Below, in pieces: positions 47,390 to 59,600 of a stretch of 64,000 bases of DNA. The position numbers were made by a program, and so were the translations under genes. The stretch is from Diplonema japonicum (lineage: Eukaryota > Protista > Euglenozoa: Diplonemea), in assembly GCA_964019335.1 (NCBI GenBank), contig OZ025668.1:310001-374000 (forward strand), given 5' to 3'. The notes under the pieces are model-generated. The model had not been told where the DNA came from. It searched no databases and worked only from the letters and a program-made list of their open reading frames with translations. Numbering within the stretch: position 1 is the first letter of the stretch; the number at the start of each line of letters is the position of its first letter.

Positions 47390-48709
47390 TCACGAGAGGG
47401 GCAGCGCCATAGGAGTCAGCAGCTTCGAGGACCTCCCAGCTGAGCCCGACCAGCTCTCCTCTCTGACAAGTAGATCAGGACTCCCATATTTGAATGTCAA
47501 ATCATCAGGGGACTGAGCCGACAGTTCAGGGGGCGCGTCCCTCCACTCATTTGAGAGATCGGCGTAGAGAGACTGTATGAGTCGCCTCGTGCGGCCCATC
47601 TCAACATCTACCTTCACTGTGTCCAAGGATTTTGTGTCAAAAGGATTCTCCAGTGAAGTCTGCACCAGAAGCAAGCTGCACATGAACACAGTGATGACCC
47701 CGCTGAAGGCGCAGGCAAACACGATGTTGCTCTCCGTCATGGTGTCGCCCTTCGACAGGTGTAAGAAGTACGGCCCGTAAAACATGGGTAGTGTGTGCAC
47801 CACCACCCTTGAGAACGACCTCATTGCCTGCGGTGTCCTGTACTCCTTCAGCGTCCGGATCACCTCCCACTCCCGCGTCAGGAAGAACAGGTACTGGTTG
47901 ATACGCGATGCTTCGTTCGGAGGCAGACCCTTCGACTTCAGCTCCTCAGTCGCACCGTGCAGACGGCCGATGAGCTTTGTGACTTTGTCGGCGCCGACTT
48001 CTTCCGCCCATCCCACCCACTCCGACTCTTCCTGCCCACATGAGGTGTACACATGCCTTGCACGGCCCTTCCTCGGGACGAGGAGGTAGCACCGGATGGC
48101 ACCGCAAAGATTCAGGATCAGCGTTTGCGCCTCAAGCCCGTGTGTTGTGCGCAGGACGTGTTCCTCAGCTGTCTCGCCAACCGCAGGGGGCTTGGGTTTG
48201 GTGGTGGGAGCGGTTCTTCCATTGTACATTTTATCAGAGCCCACCCAGTCCCATCGGGCATGGGCTGACATGATGTTGCAGAGAAGCCCACGAAGCGTAG
48301 CGAGTGCCTTGAGAGCATCATCCCTCCTGACGAAGGCTTGTGTGATACTCATGGTGAGGGGGAAGACTACGGCGAAGGAGACGAGTGTCCAGGACATTTC
48401 GCCAGAAAGGCGTTGCCCGTAACGGTCGTACGCTAGAACGCTGAGCACGCTGGTTGTGAGGGCGAGAAGGGTCTCCGCGCTCCAGACGTACTTCACGAAA
48501 ACGGCAAAGGCCGCCCACAGGTCGAGGGCAAGGTCGAAGAAGGAGTAGAAAAGTTGTGAAACGTAGCTTTCCTGCCACGTGTCGTCCGTGTCGTAAAGGT
48601 CTGCAGGCCCATCGCAGCAGCACCCCCGTGTCTCGTTGTACACAGTGCCCGCAAGCTGCCCGCGTGGTCCTGGGTGCTGGTTGAACCTGCAACAGAATAT
48701 GGTTGCCAT
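47390..48709 (-). CDS. Bestrophin/UPF0187-like membrane protein, paralog 2
   Basis: Core nearly identical at nucleotide level to 43307-44599. Confidence 0.78.
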   Translation of the reverse strand: MATIFCCRFNQHPGPRGQLAGTVYNETRGCCCDGPADLYDTDDTWQESYVSQLFYSFFDLALDLWAAFAVFVKYVWSAETLLALTTSVLSVLAYDRYGQRLSGEMSWTLVSFAVVFPLTMSITQAFVRRDDALKALATLRGLLCNIMSAHARWDWVGSDKMYNGRTAPTTKPKPPAVGETAEEHVLRTTHGLEAQTLILNLCGAIRCYLLVPRKGRARHVYTSCGQEESEWVGWAEEVGADKVTKLIGRLHGATEELKSKGLPPNEASRINQYLFFLTREWEVIRTLKEYRTPQAMRSFSRVVVHTLPMFYGPYFLHLSKGDTMTESNIVFACAFSGVITVFMCSLLLVQTSLENPFDTKSLDTVKVDVEMGRTRRLIQSLYADLSNEWRDAPPELSAQSPDDLTFKYGSPDLLVREESWSGSAGRSSKLLTPMALPLS

Positions 48710-50351
48710 TCCTTTTTGTGGTGTGGTGGATATTTTCCTTTATTTTGTGAACTTTTTAGTTAAGGGAAGTAGAAAAATATATAAAGAAAAAAGAAGAAGA
48801 AAATCAATAGGGAATGCTGGGAACTCAATTTTAGAAAAAAAAAACCCCATTGGTGTAAAAGAAGAGAAGAAAAAGAAAAAAAAATATAAGATGAAGAGGT
48901 ACAGAAAAGAAAGAAAGAACGAAAAAAAAAAAAAAAAAAAGAGAAACAAAGCGGCGCTTGCATAAAGGGTAAATATTTTAAAGGACCATTTGCTTTCAAG
49001 AGGTACTTACATACCCAAGTAGACCCGCAGTCCTCAATTATTCCTAAAGGTATCAAGAAGTAGGGGACGATAAATACTGGGGGAAAACTAAACTCAACGT
49101 AAAATAAATTCAGACTTTTAAAAATAAAATATAAAAGGAAGAAGAGAAAAAAAAAGAAGAAGAAAAAAAGAGGAGGCAGTTGGCAACTCCCCTAGCCGGC
49201 GGAGGGGGTGTTTTTTCTCTCTCTTTTTTATTTTTATTTTCTTTTTTTTTTCTTTTTTTCCAAAGCAGAAAGAAATTCTTTCGCCGTCTTATCTTCGTGC
49301 TTTGCACATTTGTATAATTTTCTGGTTAGTTGTTGCGCCTTTGTGGTGCATAGTCAGTTGTGTTAGGGCTGATACGGGACACCATTGGGCCCTACAAAAA
49401 CGTGGTCTGCAGTCAATTCATGGAAAAAGAAGAAGAAAAAAAAAAAGTAGATAAAAAAAACCAAAACAAAGCCTTTTTCTTGTGCGCTGGCTCAGTCAGT
49501 GGCATCCTGGGTTTGCCCCAGTCATGATAGCATCTCTTTGGAAGACGAGATGCATCGCACAGCTAGTGCACAAAGGTTCTGCGAGGTGTTCCCCGGTCTT
49601 CCTTTATGCGTGGCAGTGTTGATGGGACTTCTGCTAGGAATTCGTCTTAAGACTATCTTAACATAAATAAAAACATTAAGATTTTATAAAAAAAAAAAGT
49701 TTAACCAAACATGTATTTTATGATTTTTCTTCTTTCTTTTGAATGGTTCCTCTCAAGAAAAAAAAACCCCCCACCCAGAGCAATGTGAATCTCCCGGCAC
49801 GGGGAAACCGAGGTAGGTTAAATAACCATTTTTTTAAAGAAAATCATTTGATCATTCTAAAAGGCATTTTCTTTGGCTGGTAGTCTATGGGTTCAATGAT
49901 GGGGGGGTTTTTTTTTTTCTCTCGCTCACTTTTTTCTTTCTGGGAGGGGGCGTTCACGTTGGCCAAAAGGGTTTCAAGCAATCTGGCAGACCCTTTGTGC
50001 CCTTCGTGTCGAGGCAATTTCAGAGTGTCGTGAAATAAAAAAAAACGAATGCCCCACTACCGAACGAATGGTTTTTTTTTCTCTTTTTTTTTTTACGTCT
50101 TCCTCTTTAGTTCTGCACTTCTCTTTTCATCAAAAAGACCCGGAACACATCAGAGAAACCGAGAAACCCATTAAACCTGTTGGCGGGCGATCCGCTATAT
50201 AGTTGTGAAATGGAGCAGAGGGGTATTTACGGGAAGTTTATCTACGACTTCTCGAAAAAAAAAGATTTTTTCCCCCCCCCTCCATATGAAACAGTGTAAA
50301 AAAAGAAGGGGAAAAAAAATTCGATAAAAGTGTCAGTGTGCATGAGGGTGC

Positions 50352-50655
50352 TCACTGTTCGTTCTGCGGTTGCTGTCTGGTGCCTGCGGTGGCTGCTTGT
50401 CGCGATGAGATGGACGGCATCTGAGCGAGAAACATTACTAGGGGGCTGTTTGGCTCGAGGAGAAGAGTGTCACATATGAAGAGATATCGCATTCTATTGG
50501 CCTTCTCCGTGAGGAAGTCCTGGTCGCTGCTCATAGTCTATGGCGAGCTCCATTGTTGTGATGGAGGTCTTGCTCTTTACCTACGCTACCTACTTACCAT
50601 CGCAGGCCTCTTCACCATGTGAAGACACTCTTCAAGTCGAACGCGTCTTCGTGAC
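50352..50655 (-). mobile_element. Highly decayed retroposon fragment
   Basis: Minus strand reads SVFTW*RGLRW*, then after a frameshift KTSITTMELAIDYEQ, then LTEKANRMRYL. This is the same motif order as the other copies. Confidence 0.65.
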
Positions 50656-50719
50656 TGATCTTTATAAAACCCGAAACTCATACAGAAATTGTAGCTTTAG
50701 AATCGTTGGTGAAAAAACC

Positions 50720-52783
50720 CTACACAAACTTCTCGACCACCTTTTTGAGCTCCTCCACTGTGTTGAAGACGACAGAGGACTGGGCGATCTCGGGGTCCGT
50801 GCAGAGAGAAACCGAATGAGTAGAACAAGGGACGGGGACAGAGATGTGAAGCACAACAGGCTGCTTGCCGCACACCAGCGATATTACGTGCGTCAGCGCG
50901 TCTAATGAGAGATACGCAGGGCAAATAGTCATGGTATGGTGCCCTGGGTGGTAATGTACTGCGAACCTCCCTCCACAGGCCTCCGCCATGGACGACAAGT
51001 GGAGGTAGCATTCATGCGAATGCAGCAACGACTCCTTGTGGTTTAGAAACCCAGATACCGCGTCCGCCCATGACCATCGAAAAACTGTCTTCCCACTGTT
51101 CATCGAGAGCCTTGACCCTGGTATCATCCGCTCGTAGTTGTTCAGTACTTTCAAAACTGTACCGGTCCAGTCAAGGCAGGAACCCATGGCTGGTAGAACG
51201 TCCCATTTCTTACTGTGTTTTTGACGCCAGGTGCACCCGCATTCACCTATCCAATGGAATCGAGTATCGTTGCTGCACACTGGTTCGAGCTCACTGACCA
51301 ACCCGTGACCGAAAAAGACAACTTCCGTTGTCTTCGGCATTTTACCAAGTACATCTTGCAGTGAATCGTACATACTAGCGTTGACCACTATCACGTCAGG
51401 GGGCGTGTGCGTGTGAAGGTCTAGTTTCTTCTTCTCAAGCGCGTCCTCCAGCTGTTTAATCAAAAAGCTTCCCCACCACACGGCAGTGTGCGTTGTCACG
51501 TATTTATATAGGGAAGCGTGTCGTGCCTCGCGTTCTGCTTGAGAGGTTGTGAGTGCTTCTTTCATGGAACCTGCCAGTTCTGATGTGTTCCAAGGGTTTA
51601 TTCGGAACGCCTTTGCAAGATTTCGTGCTGCTCCGGCGAATTCGCTGAGGATTAACAGGCCTCGGTTGGTTTGCTGGCACGCGATGAATTCTTGACTTAC
51701 TAAGTTCATTCCTTCTCTTAAGCTTGTCACCAAGCATACATCGGCAATGCTATACAGAGCGACAAGGTCTTTGAAATCGATAAAATCGTATTTGTAGTAA
51801 ACGGACGCGTGGCCAAAGGTACTGTACCGTGCGTTGATTCTCCCGACGAGCTCTTCGACTTCTCTGCGTAGTTGGTGGCACTGTTCGGTTTTTCTCGCTG
51901 GTACCGCCGTCTGGACGAGGAGAACCTCGCCGATCAAAGATGGCTCGTCTGCAAGCAGTTTTTCAAAAGCTTGTAATTTCTGTGGGAGGCCCTTGATGGT
52001 GTCCATCCTGTCAACACCTATAATGATCTTCTTCCCGTCGAACCTTGCACGTAGATCAGCGATCTTCGATAGAACCTCTGGGTCTTGAAGTGCCTTTGTT
52101 ATCCTATCAATGTTCAATCCAATGGGTGACGCAGCCTGTCGTGTCACCCTGGTTTCATACACAATTAAATTCCTCTTTGTCGTGGCTCGCAGTGTACCTG
52201 CTACCGATCGCGTGAAATGAGACAGGTATTCCTCTGTTTGGAACCCGATAAAATCGGAGCCGAGCATCCCCTCGAGGATCTGCCGTCTCCATGGAATCTT
52301 TCTGAATATCTCGCTGGAGGGGAATGGGATGTGGAGGAAAACGCCCACCGGGGAGTCGATGCCGATGGTGCGGAGCATCTTAGGCAGCAGCAGATGATGG
52401 TAGTCGTGGATCCATATTAAGTCACCCGGGCGGTGTATGGACTTTATCGTTTTGGCAAAGATTTCTGTTATTTGCGCATATGCTTCGTAGCCGTCTATGG
52501 GGAACTCGTCGAGCTCCTTGTGGTGGAACACTCCGCAAAGTACCTCTTGTGCGAAGCACAGTCCTCGTTCCTCGACCTCTGCGGGGATGGTCACGGGGCA
52601 GGTGTGCTTTGTATTTGTACTTTCAGCGGACCCGTTGGAGCCCACCCACACCACCGCCCTCCCCACCCCCCGTTCCTGCTCCACGATCCCTTCCAATGCC
52701 GGCATCATCCCGCCCGACGCAGCTATCACATCGCAGCTGTCGTTCGGCAGCTTGCTTGTTATTATTAACAATCTTGGTGGCAT
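50720..52783 (-). CDS. TPS: Trehalose-6-phosphate synthase (GT20) with degenerate C-terminal phosphatase-like domain
   Basis: WIHDYH, FLHIPFPSSE, GVDRMDTIKG, REGMNLV, LSEFAGA and INPWN. No HAD DxDGT motif visible. Likely start MPPRLL at 52783. Confidence 0.92.
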   Translation of the reverse strand: MPPRLLIITSKLPNDSCDVIAASGGMMPALEGIVEQERGVGRAVVWVGSNGSAESTNTKHTCPVTIPAEVEERGLCFAQEVLCGVFHHKELDEFPIDGYEAYAQITEIFAKTIKSIHRPGDLIWIHDYHHLLLPKMLRTIGIDSPVGVFLHIPFPSSEIFRKIPWRRQILEGMLGSDFIGFQTEEYLSHFTRSVAGTLRATTKRNLIVYETRVTRQAASPIGLNIDRITKALQDPEVLSKIADLRARFDGKKIIIGVDRMDTIKGLPQKLQAFEKLLADEPSLIGEVLLVQTAVPARKTEQCHQLRREVEELVGRINARYSTFGHASVYYKYDFIDFKDLVALYSIADVCLVTSLREGMNLVSQEFIACQQTNRGLLILSEFAGAARNLAKAFRINPWNTSELAGSMKEALTTSQAEREARHASLYKYVTTHTAVWWGSFLIKQLEDALEKKKLDLHTHTPPDVIVVNASMYDSLQDVLGKMPKTTEVVFFGHGLVSELEPVCSNDTRFHWIGECGCTWRQKHSKKWDVLPAMGSCLDWTGTVLKVLNNYERMIPGSRLSMNSGKTVFRWSWADAVSGFLNHKESLLHSHECYLHLSSMAEACGGRFAVHYHPGHHTMTICPAYLSLDALTHVISLVCGKQPVVLHISVPVPCSTHSVSLCTDPEIAQSSVVFNTVEELKKVVEKFV

Positions 52784-53278
52784 TTTCTTTTCTTTTTTTT
52801 CTTTTCTATTCTTGTGTTTATTTCCCACACCGCCCTAATGTTGTTTTTAAGTCTTGGGCTTGCTGGGGTACCTGGGAATGCATCTACCCCGGCCTCGAAC
52901 AAAGGTTCAGGTGCTTAGTCGGGGAAGAACTCGCCACCACAACTACAGAAGGTCTGAACAAAGCACCAACGACTGACGCAGGGCACGCCAGTGAAACCGA
53001 AACCGAAAGGACTAGCCGGTGAGCGCGAAAAAACGTAAATGTCTAGTTTAGTTTCTTTCCCCCTCTACTTTGTTCAAAAAAAGAAAAATAAAAAGGGGGG
53101 GATCTCTCTTCTTCGGAGAGAAAAAAAAGATGTTTTTGAAGGGAACCTGCAGCATGTGACAGGATCGCCTACAAAAAAAAAGGGAAAACGAAGCCATTTC
53201 TGTTATCATCGTATTGTACATTGGGATGAAGAAGAAGGATATACGGGTTTCAATTTTGTACTAAGAAAAAAAAAGAGG

Positions 53279-53313
<35 letters not shown>

Positions 53314-53332
53314 CCAAAAATATTTATCGCGC

Positions 53333-54430
53333 CTAGAAAGGCATCCCCTGAACGGACGACATTAACGCGTCTATTTCTGAACCTTGATCATCGAAGTCAA
53401 GGACCTCTGCCGTCTTGCGAGATATGAAGAAGCCGTCAAGGTCGCCCAGATTCTCATTCTCCAGCGCAGCTTTCTTCTTCTGCCCGTGCCCCATTATGTC
53501 TGCAATGTAAACTGCTAAGGCATTGATGTATGGGGACTGCCCCACAATGAGCACAATGTCCTCCTCTTCACCGGGGTCTTTCAGTTGCTGGAGAGTACCC
53601 TTGCTTTCCGTGAGGAGGTCGTTGTTAATAAAGAACAACGAGGGTTTCACATAGGTTTTCATAAGGCTCCTCACGGGCCTGTCTGATACATGTTGTGCGT
53701 ACAAAGCGGCTAGATCGCAGTCGGTGGTTCCGATATTGGCCAATGCGTCTTCAATGGAAGTGAGCTGCTTGCTGACACGTGAGGGAGTGATCTTCCCATC
53801 GATCTCCTGAAGAACACCGTATTGAGACATATCGTCTACAGGGTTAATGAGCGTTGGGCAGCGTTTTGCTTTACGTTCTGCTTTTCCGTATTTTGAGCCT
53901 ATTTTAAGCAGTTCTGTAGCGGTTTGTATGCTTCTTTTGGTGTTCGAGGCGTAGGCGCAAACCACGCGCTTCAGGTATTTATCGTATAGGCCGTCCCTGA
54001 CTTGTGCAGCCTGGGCGTAGCCGCGGGCTGTCAGCCCTGCTTCTCGGTTACGCTTGCGGTGTTCTTCCAAAGCTTCTGTTCGATCCTGTGTGGTATGGAA
54101 TGGAGAGGGGGTTCTTTTGTGCTCCCGTATACCACATCTAAATCTTGTTTTGGGTAATCGAAGTCTGGGTTCACAGTGTTGGCCGAATTCACTAGCATAT
54201 AAGAAATTATATGTCTGTGGTCTCTTGGTTCCCCTGGAAGGTACATCTGTGTGGTAGATAGAAGAGGGGAAAAAAAAAAAAAGAAAAAACCGATACCTCC
54301 TCATAACGTGCGTCTCTCTGCGCGCTCTCAGGGGGCTGGCGCATACGCCTCATGCAGAGATATAGGAGCACCACAAGTGCAAAGGCTGCTAGGCAGAACA
54401 CTATGACCATTGGGATAGTAATAGACGCCA

Positions 54431-54431
<1 letters not shown>
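53333..54431 (-). CDS. Membrane-anchored histidine phosphatase (PGAM)-fold protein lacking the RHG motif; introns 54247-54296 and 54086-54132
   Basis: Three exons (135+114+753 nt) splice in frame: TM anchor, YMLVNSANTVN, GLTARGYAQA, YASNTKRSIQTA and VLIVGQSPYI. Confidence 0.75.
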
Positions 54432-54463
<32 letters not shown>

Positions 54464-54780
54464 TTTTTTTTTGTTTTGTGTGTCGTCTTTTTTGTAACGT
54501 TTGCAAGGAAGCGAGGTGTTCGCAAAAAAAAAGAAAAAAAAAAAAAGAAAACGGTGAGGAACGGGAAGAGAGGGAGAGGGAGAGCGAGAGCGAGAGCAGG
54601 GAAACAAAAAAAAGGGGGGGGGGAAATAAAGCGAATCAAAAAAAAAAAATCTTATATAACGATGTGGCAATCGTCGTTGTCGACATTTTTTTTTCTTTTT
54701 TTCTTTTTGCATAAAAATCACGCACCATATCTTTAAATCCTGTCAAGAAAAGCCCGAAGTGGCTCACAAAAATCTGAAAT

Positions 54781-54822
54781 GGTCTGCGCAAGCAGACTCG
54801 GGTTCAACTCCTGTCGAGACCA
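54781..54822 (+). pseudogene. 3' half of a long-variable-arm tRNA-like sequence
   Basis: Hairpin gtctgc-gcaa-gcagac, then GGGTTCAACTCC (B box/T arm), ending in ACCA. The 5' half is not recognisable. Confidence 0.35.
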
Positions 54823-56123
54823 CTTTCAGCAGTCGATTGCAACGTTGCAGTAAAAATTTGAAAGAATTAGCAATTTTCTGAGTCTTTCAAGAAAAAAAAA
54901 GGGGGAAGAAAAAACACGGCTTTTAGAGATATGATGCGTCATTTTTTTTTTTTTTTTTTTTTTTGAAAAAAAAAAAGAAGAAAAAAAAAAAAAAACAAGT
55001 TTTTGTAAAATGAAGGGGGAAAAAAAATAAATTGTAATTGTGACTTATGTTCTGTTGTTCGCACGAGATATTGCTCGGCTTGGCACAAGATGCATAAGGT
55101 AATAGAATCATACTTTTCTTTTTTTTTTTTTTAAATCTGAGAAAGCTTTAGAACAAGTTTTTTCCCCCTCCCATTTTTTTTTTCTTTTTTTTTTCTTCTT
55201 CTTCGTTTTTCTATAATATTATTCTATATTTACTTCCACGCTGCTTTTTCCTGAAACCTTGACCCAAAATACAAGTAAAGTACTTTTTTTTTTTCTTTGA
55301 GAATTTAGCCTATGCATTGAAAAAAAGAAAGTTGCTGGTCGCCTGTTGATGCTTCACCCTACGAATGTTCAGGCCCCATCATATTTCACTCAAAAGCAGC
55401 TTGTCAGTTATATAAAAAGGAAGTTAATTTATGAAAAACCAGTCAGATTTCACTTGTGGAGACCCCGCGTGAAATCAGATAAAATCTGATTTTTCGTACA
55501 GTTTTTTTTTTTTTTTTTTTTTTTGCGCAAACGAAAAAAAGAAAAAAAAAATTCAAGAAATAATGTGACAAGAACTAGTTCTTGACGAAAAAATTTTTTC
55601 ATGCGAATTTTTTTTTTTTTTTTCCGTTTTGCAGGGAAAAGAAGTAGAATAAGAGAGAAAAAAAAAAAATGTCATCAGGTGACAGATACAGCGGGCGAAT
55701 TTTCTTTTTTTTTTTTGTTACCACACTGTTAAAACCACCAACGACCTGCGACTTGGCTCCTTGATAACGAAAACGACACCAGCCAACAAGTAAAACAAAA
55801 AGGGGCAGGGGAGGACAAAAACAAAAAAACAAAATAGAGCAATTTATTTATTTATTTTTCTCTAGTTTGGGTACAAAATAAAAATCACTCATTTTCTTTA
55901 GGGTAATAATACGGTGAAAACGGTCGACTTGTACTCCTAGATAAAAAAAAAAAAAAAATTGACTCTCTGTATATGGGCGGAGGGAAGAATGAGGAGAAGA
56001 AATGAAGAAAAGAAAAAAGAAGAAGAAAAAGGAATCATTATTTTTCGTTTTCTTTTTTAAACTAACAAGGCTCTTACAAATGTGCACACATTATTCTTAT
56101 TCTTATTATTTTCTTTTAGGTTT

Positions 56124-56154
<31 letters not shown>

Positions 56155-56607
56155 CTTTCTCTTTTTTCTTTTCTCTTCTCGCCTCTCCTTCCCTCCTTCT
56201 TTTGCTTCTTTCACATTGATTCAAAATAACGAATAACGAATCAAAATGCTGTGAAGCGCGACATTAACTTTTTTTTTTTAAATCTCATTTTGCTTTTACA
56301 CATTTACAACCAAAAAAAAGACAAAAAGAGAACAACTGAGATGTAGGGAGGATGTAAGTGGTAGTGCTTTTCTTTTATTTTTTTTTTCTTTCTAATTCTC
56401 TTTTTTTTTTTTTTTTTTTTTTCAAACCAGAAAAATGGAAATGTGGAAGAAGGGAAGAAAAAGAAGGGAAAAAAATCTGACCACCCTCTTTTCCTTTTCC
56501 CTCCCTCTATTCTCACTCTGGATTTAAAACAAACAAACAAAAAAAAAAAGAAAAAAAAAAAAGAAAAAAAAAAGAAGAAGAATTGATGATTTTATTTTGG
56601 TAGGTTA

Positions 56608-59600
56608 CTATTTGAATGTAACTAGATAGGTACGGACCTCCATGGGCCTTACGACAACAGTAAAGGACTGTTCATTAAAAGGGAAACGTTCGCTGTAGGC
56701 CCTGTGCTCAGACAGTTGCCTTATAACTTTCCCCCCTGTAGGATCATAGGGCATCCACTTATGCTTCTTCTTCTCCATTTCAGATAAAGAATAGGTTCCC
56801 GTGAGCTGCGTCTCTTCCATGCTAGCAATAATGAGGCCAGCTTTGCCGAAGATACGAGTAAAGTCAACCTCCACAGGCACGCTGCTTGCATGGCTCTCGC
56901 CTACGCTGTACAAGTGGCTGACACGCAGGAGAAGCTTGCCCTCATTGATGTCTGCGTAGTTGTTGGTCAATGTGAGTAGTTTAATCTCCTTCGGGAGCGA
57001 TGCGGCAAGGAAGGAATCGGTAGGTTTTGCAGGCATGACCAGACCCCTGCTGAACGCCAAGGTGGCAGGGAACGAAAGCTCTTCCATGGCCTGCCTTCTC
57101 TCCACGTTAGCCCTCTGTATGGTGTCGAAGACCAGAAGATGCTTCCCCCTCATCGTCAGCCCTTCGCACCAGCACCCCCCTGCCTTGACATCATTGCAGC
57201 CACACATGGTCTCGTTCAACGGCTCCTGCACGCCCCTTGCGTCATCGTCTAGAATCCTGCGGTGCACCATCAGTTCCAGCTCACCATCCTTCAAGGACGC
57301 GCCTGCCTGTGTCACGTCCGTTAAGATTGCAAGCTCGCTCGCTGAGTCCTGCAAGCTCATCATCGCGTTCACTGGGTAGTAGTTCCCCGCAACGGGCTCG
57401 CTCACCACAAGCGGGGGGTACGACGGCCCCCTCTTGTTGTACATCCTCTTCACCATCTCCCTCCCGTTGGAGTCTGTGTAGAAGACGCCGTCGGACTTGA
57501 GGCCGGTGCTGTACCGCATGATGACCTCTTTGCCCCAGTGGTTGGGCTTGTTAGGGACAACTGAAGGGAACCACGGCGTGTCCTGCGGGATGGGGCCTAC
57601 CGTCCACTCCACCTCAACGTGTGACTTACCAGCCCACAATCTGTAAACACAGGTGGCCCAAGAGCTGAACTCCTGGTATATCTCTTGCACAGCGGGGCCC
57701 TTGACGACACGCAGGGTGGGGACCTTCTTGGGACCGGGGTAGAACACGTTTGAACTGTTAGGGCGGAAGATATATGCGCCGCTCTTCTGATCATCACAGT
57801 TGTGGCCCGGTGCCGTGGTGGGGTCGTTGGTGCACCCGCCGACGGAGCTGTTGTACCAGCCGACTGCGACGACAAGGGGCGTCTTTGCTCCGGACACAAG
57901 GTTCTTCAGGGACACGGTGGTGCCCGTTGAATAGTTGAAGACAAGCTCGTAGGCGGCATTCCGAATGGAGGGCATTTCACCCCTCCTGACATTCGTGCTC
58001 CTTGCGTAGTGAGACGCACTGGGTTTGTCCTCAACCACTACAGAGACTACAGAGTGCGCGCTCCTTGTGGGGAGCGAGCGTTTTGCGGTGATCGTGCTGT
58101 AGCCCATCGCTGGGAGCGTAATGCTGAAGCTCAGTGCATGAGTGGCCTTGTTCGTAAGGGCAGCCTTCGCAGCTGCTGCCTGCTGTGGTGTCATGGCGTA
58201 AGAGTTGAGGTACAACTCAGGGAGGCTGAGGGTCCTGCTGTCCAGCTCAGTCGTTTGGCTGTCCACGGGTACATTGTTGACCATTACATCCCAGCTAGAC
58301 AATACTACAGGTAGCGAGATTGTCTGTGTGCTCTGTCTGCCGAGCGGGTTCCAGGCAACCATCGTGAAGCTGGACGATTCCGTTGTCACCGCACACATCG
58401 AGATATTGAGGCAGTTGGTGCCGCCAATCGAGTTGCAGTTGCAGTGCTCAAACTTGGCGCTCACACCCATGATCTTCTGCAGCGAGCGTGCCACACCTGC
58501 CTCCACTTCGCCGTGCGACTCGGATATGCGCAGTTCGTAATCGTTGGCCACGTCCTGCTTTTCAGTGCCAGACATCCCGTCGTGGTGGGTGGCAACGCCG
58601 ACAGTGCCTTCCAAGGAGTCGGTCCAGCTGTGCCCCACAAGAGGTGAAGGGCGCACGGTTGGTGTGTTGACTTGCTTCGCGGTAACATTGGAGATGACTT
58701 CCAACTGACGGGCGGCATTCAGGAAGTTTGAGGCAACGTGAACCTGCTTCTTGAGCGCAGGGCGCGACGTGAAGTAGCCCGACCAGTAGTGGTGGTCCGC
58801 GTCGGCGAGGGGGAATACATCGTCCTGTCTCACTTCCCACGACACCTGCGGCTTCCTCTTCTCGTTGACGTACAAGGTCGGCGTGGAGTAGAAAGCGTTC
58901 ACAGAGCCGTTCTGGTTGATGTAATGGATAAGCTTGTCGAGGTTGTGGTACCAGTGGTCGGCGTTCTGGTAGTTAAAGTCGCTGCCGCACGCCCACATCT
59001 GGTGGCTTGTCCTGTAGCTCATGGACTGGGTGTGTGCGTGCTGCACGAACTGATCAACGTACTTGTCGATGTTGTAGTCATGCCTCGAAGGGTCGTCCTG
59101 GACTTGCGGGCTGGACCCGTCGAACCCAAACCACGTCCCGTAGTTGCCCTTTCCGGCACCGAAGATCTGCCCTGCGAAGATCTGAGCGGACTCGCCGAGT
59201 GACTGCGAACCCTGCCAGATATATTCAAGGCCCTTTACAGACTCGTTCTTCCTCACGTTGAAGTCCTGAAAGTCCATCCTCCCCCAGAATTCGTACTCCA
59301 TACCGGACTCAGCACCGATGAGCCAAGCATTTGTGTTGGAGTGGCCGAAGGGGTCGATCGACCAGGTTCCTTTGGGTATGGCCTTGGAGCCGAAGGCTTT
59401 CTTCAGGAACTGGTGACCCCTTGTGGTCTGGTCGATCATCTCGACGTAGTAGGGAGAGGCTTCGTCGTGCATGCACCAGCCGCCGTTGACGAACTCCAGC
59501 TGGCCGTTGTCGACGAGAGCCTTTGTCATGTTCTTCTTGCTGGCAGGCTGCTGGTTCCACCAACGTGCGAAGAAAGCTGTCTCAACGTATATGAACTTCC

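Noticed and set aside
49486-49500. CTGGCTCAG similarity to the start of the ingi/L1Tc 77-bp signature
   Set aside because: Only ~9 nt match, and the rest of the signature and HDV-like pairing are not evident.
55443-55493. Nested short inverted repeats (tcagatttcac/gtgaaatcaga; aaatcagat/atctgattt)
   Set aside because: Short and AT-rich with no second copy in the window; insufficient to call an element.
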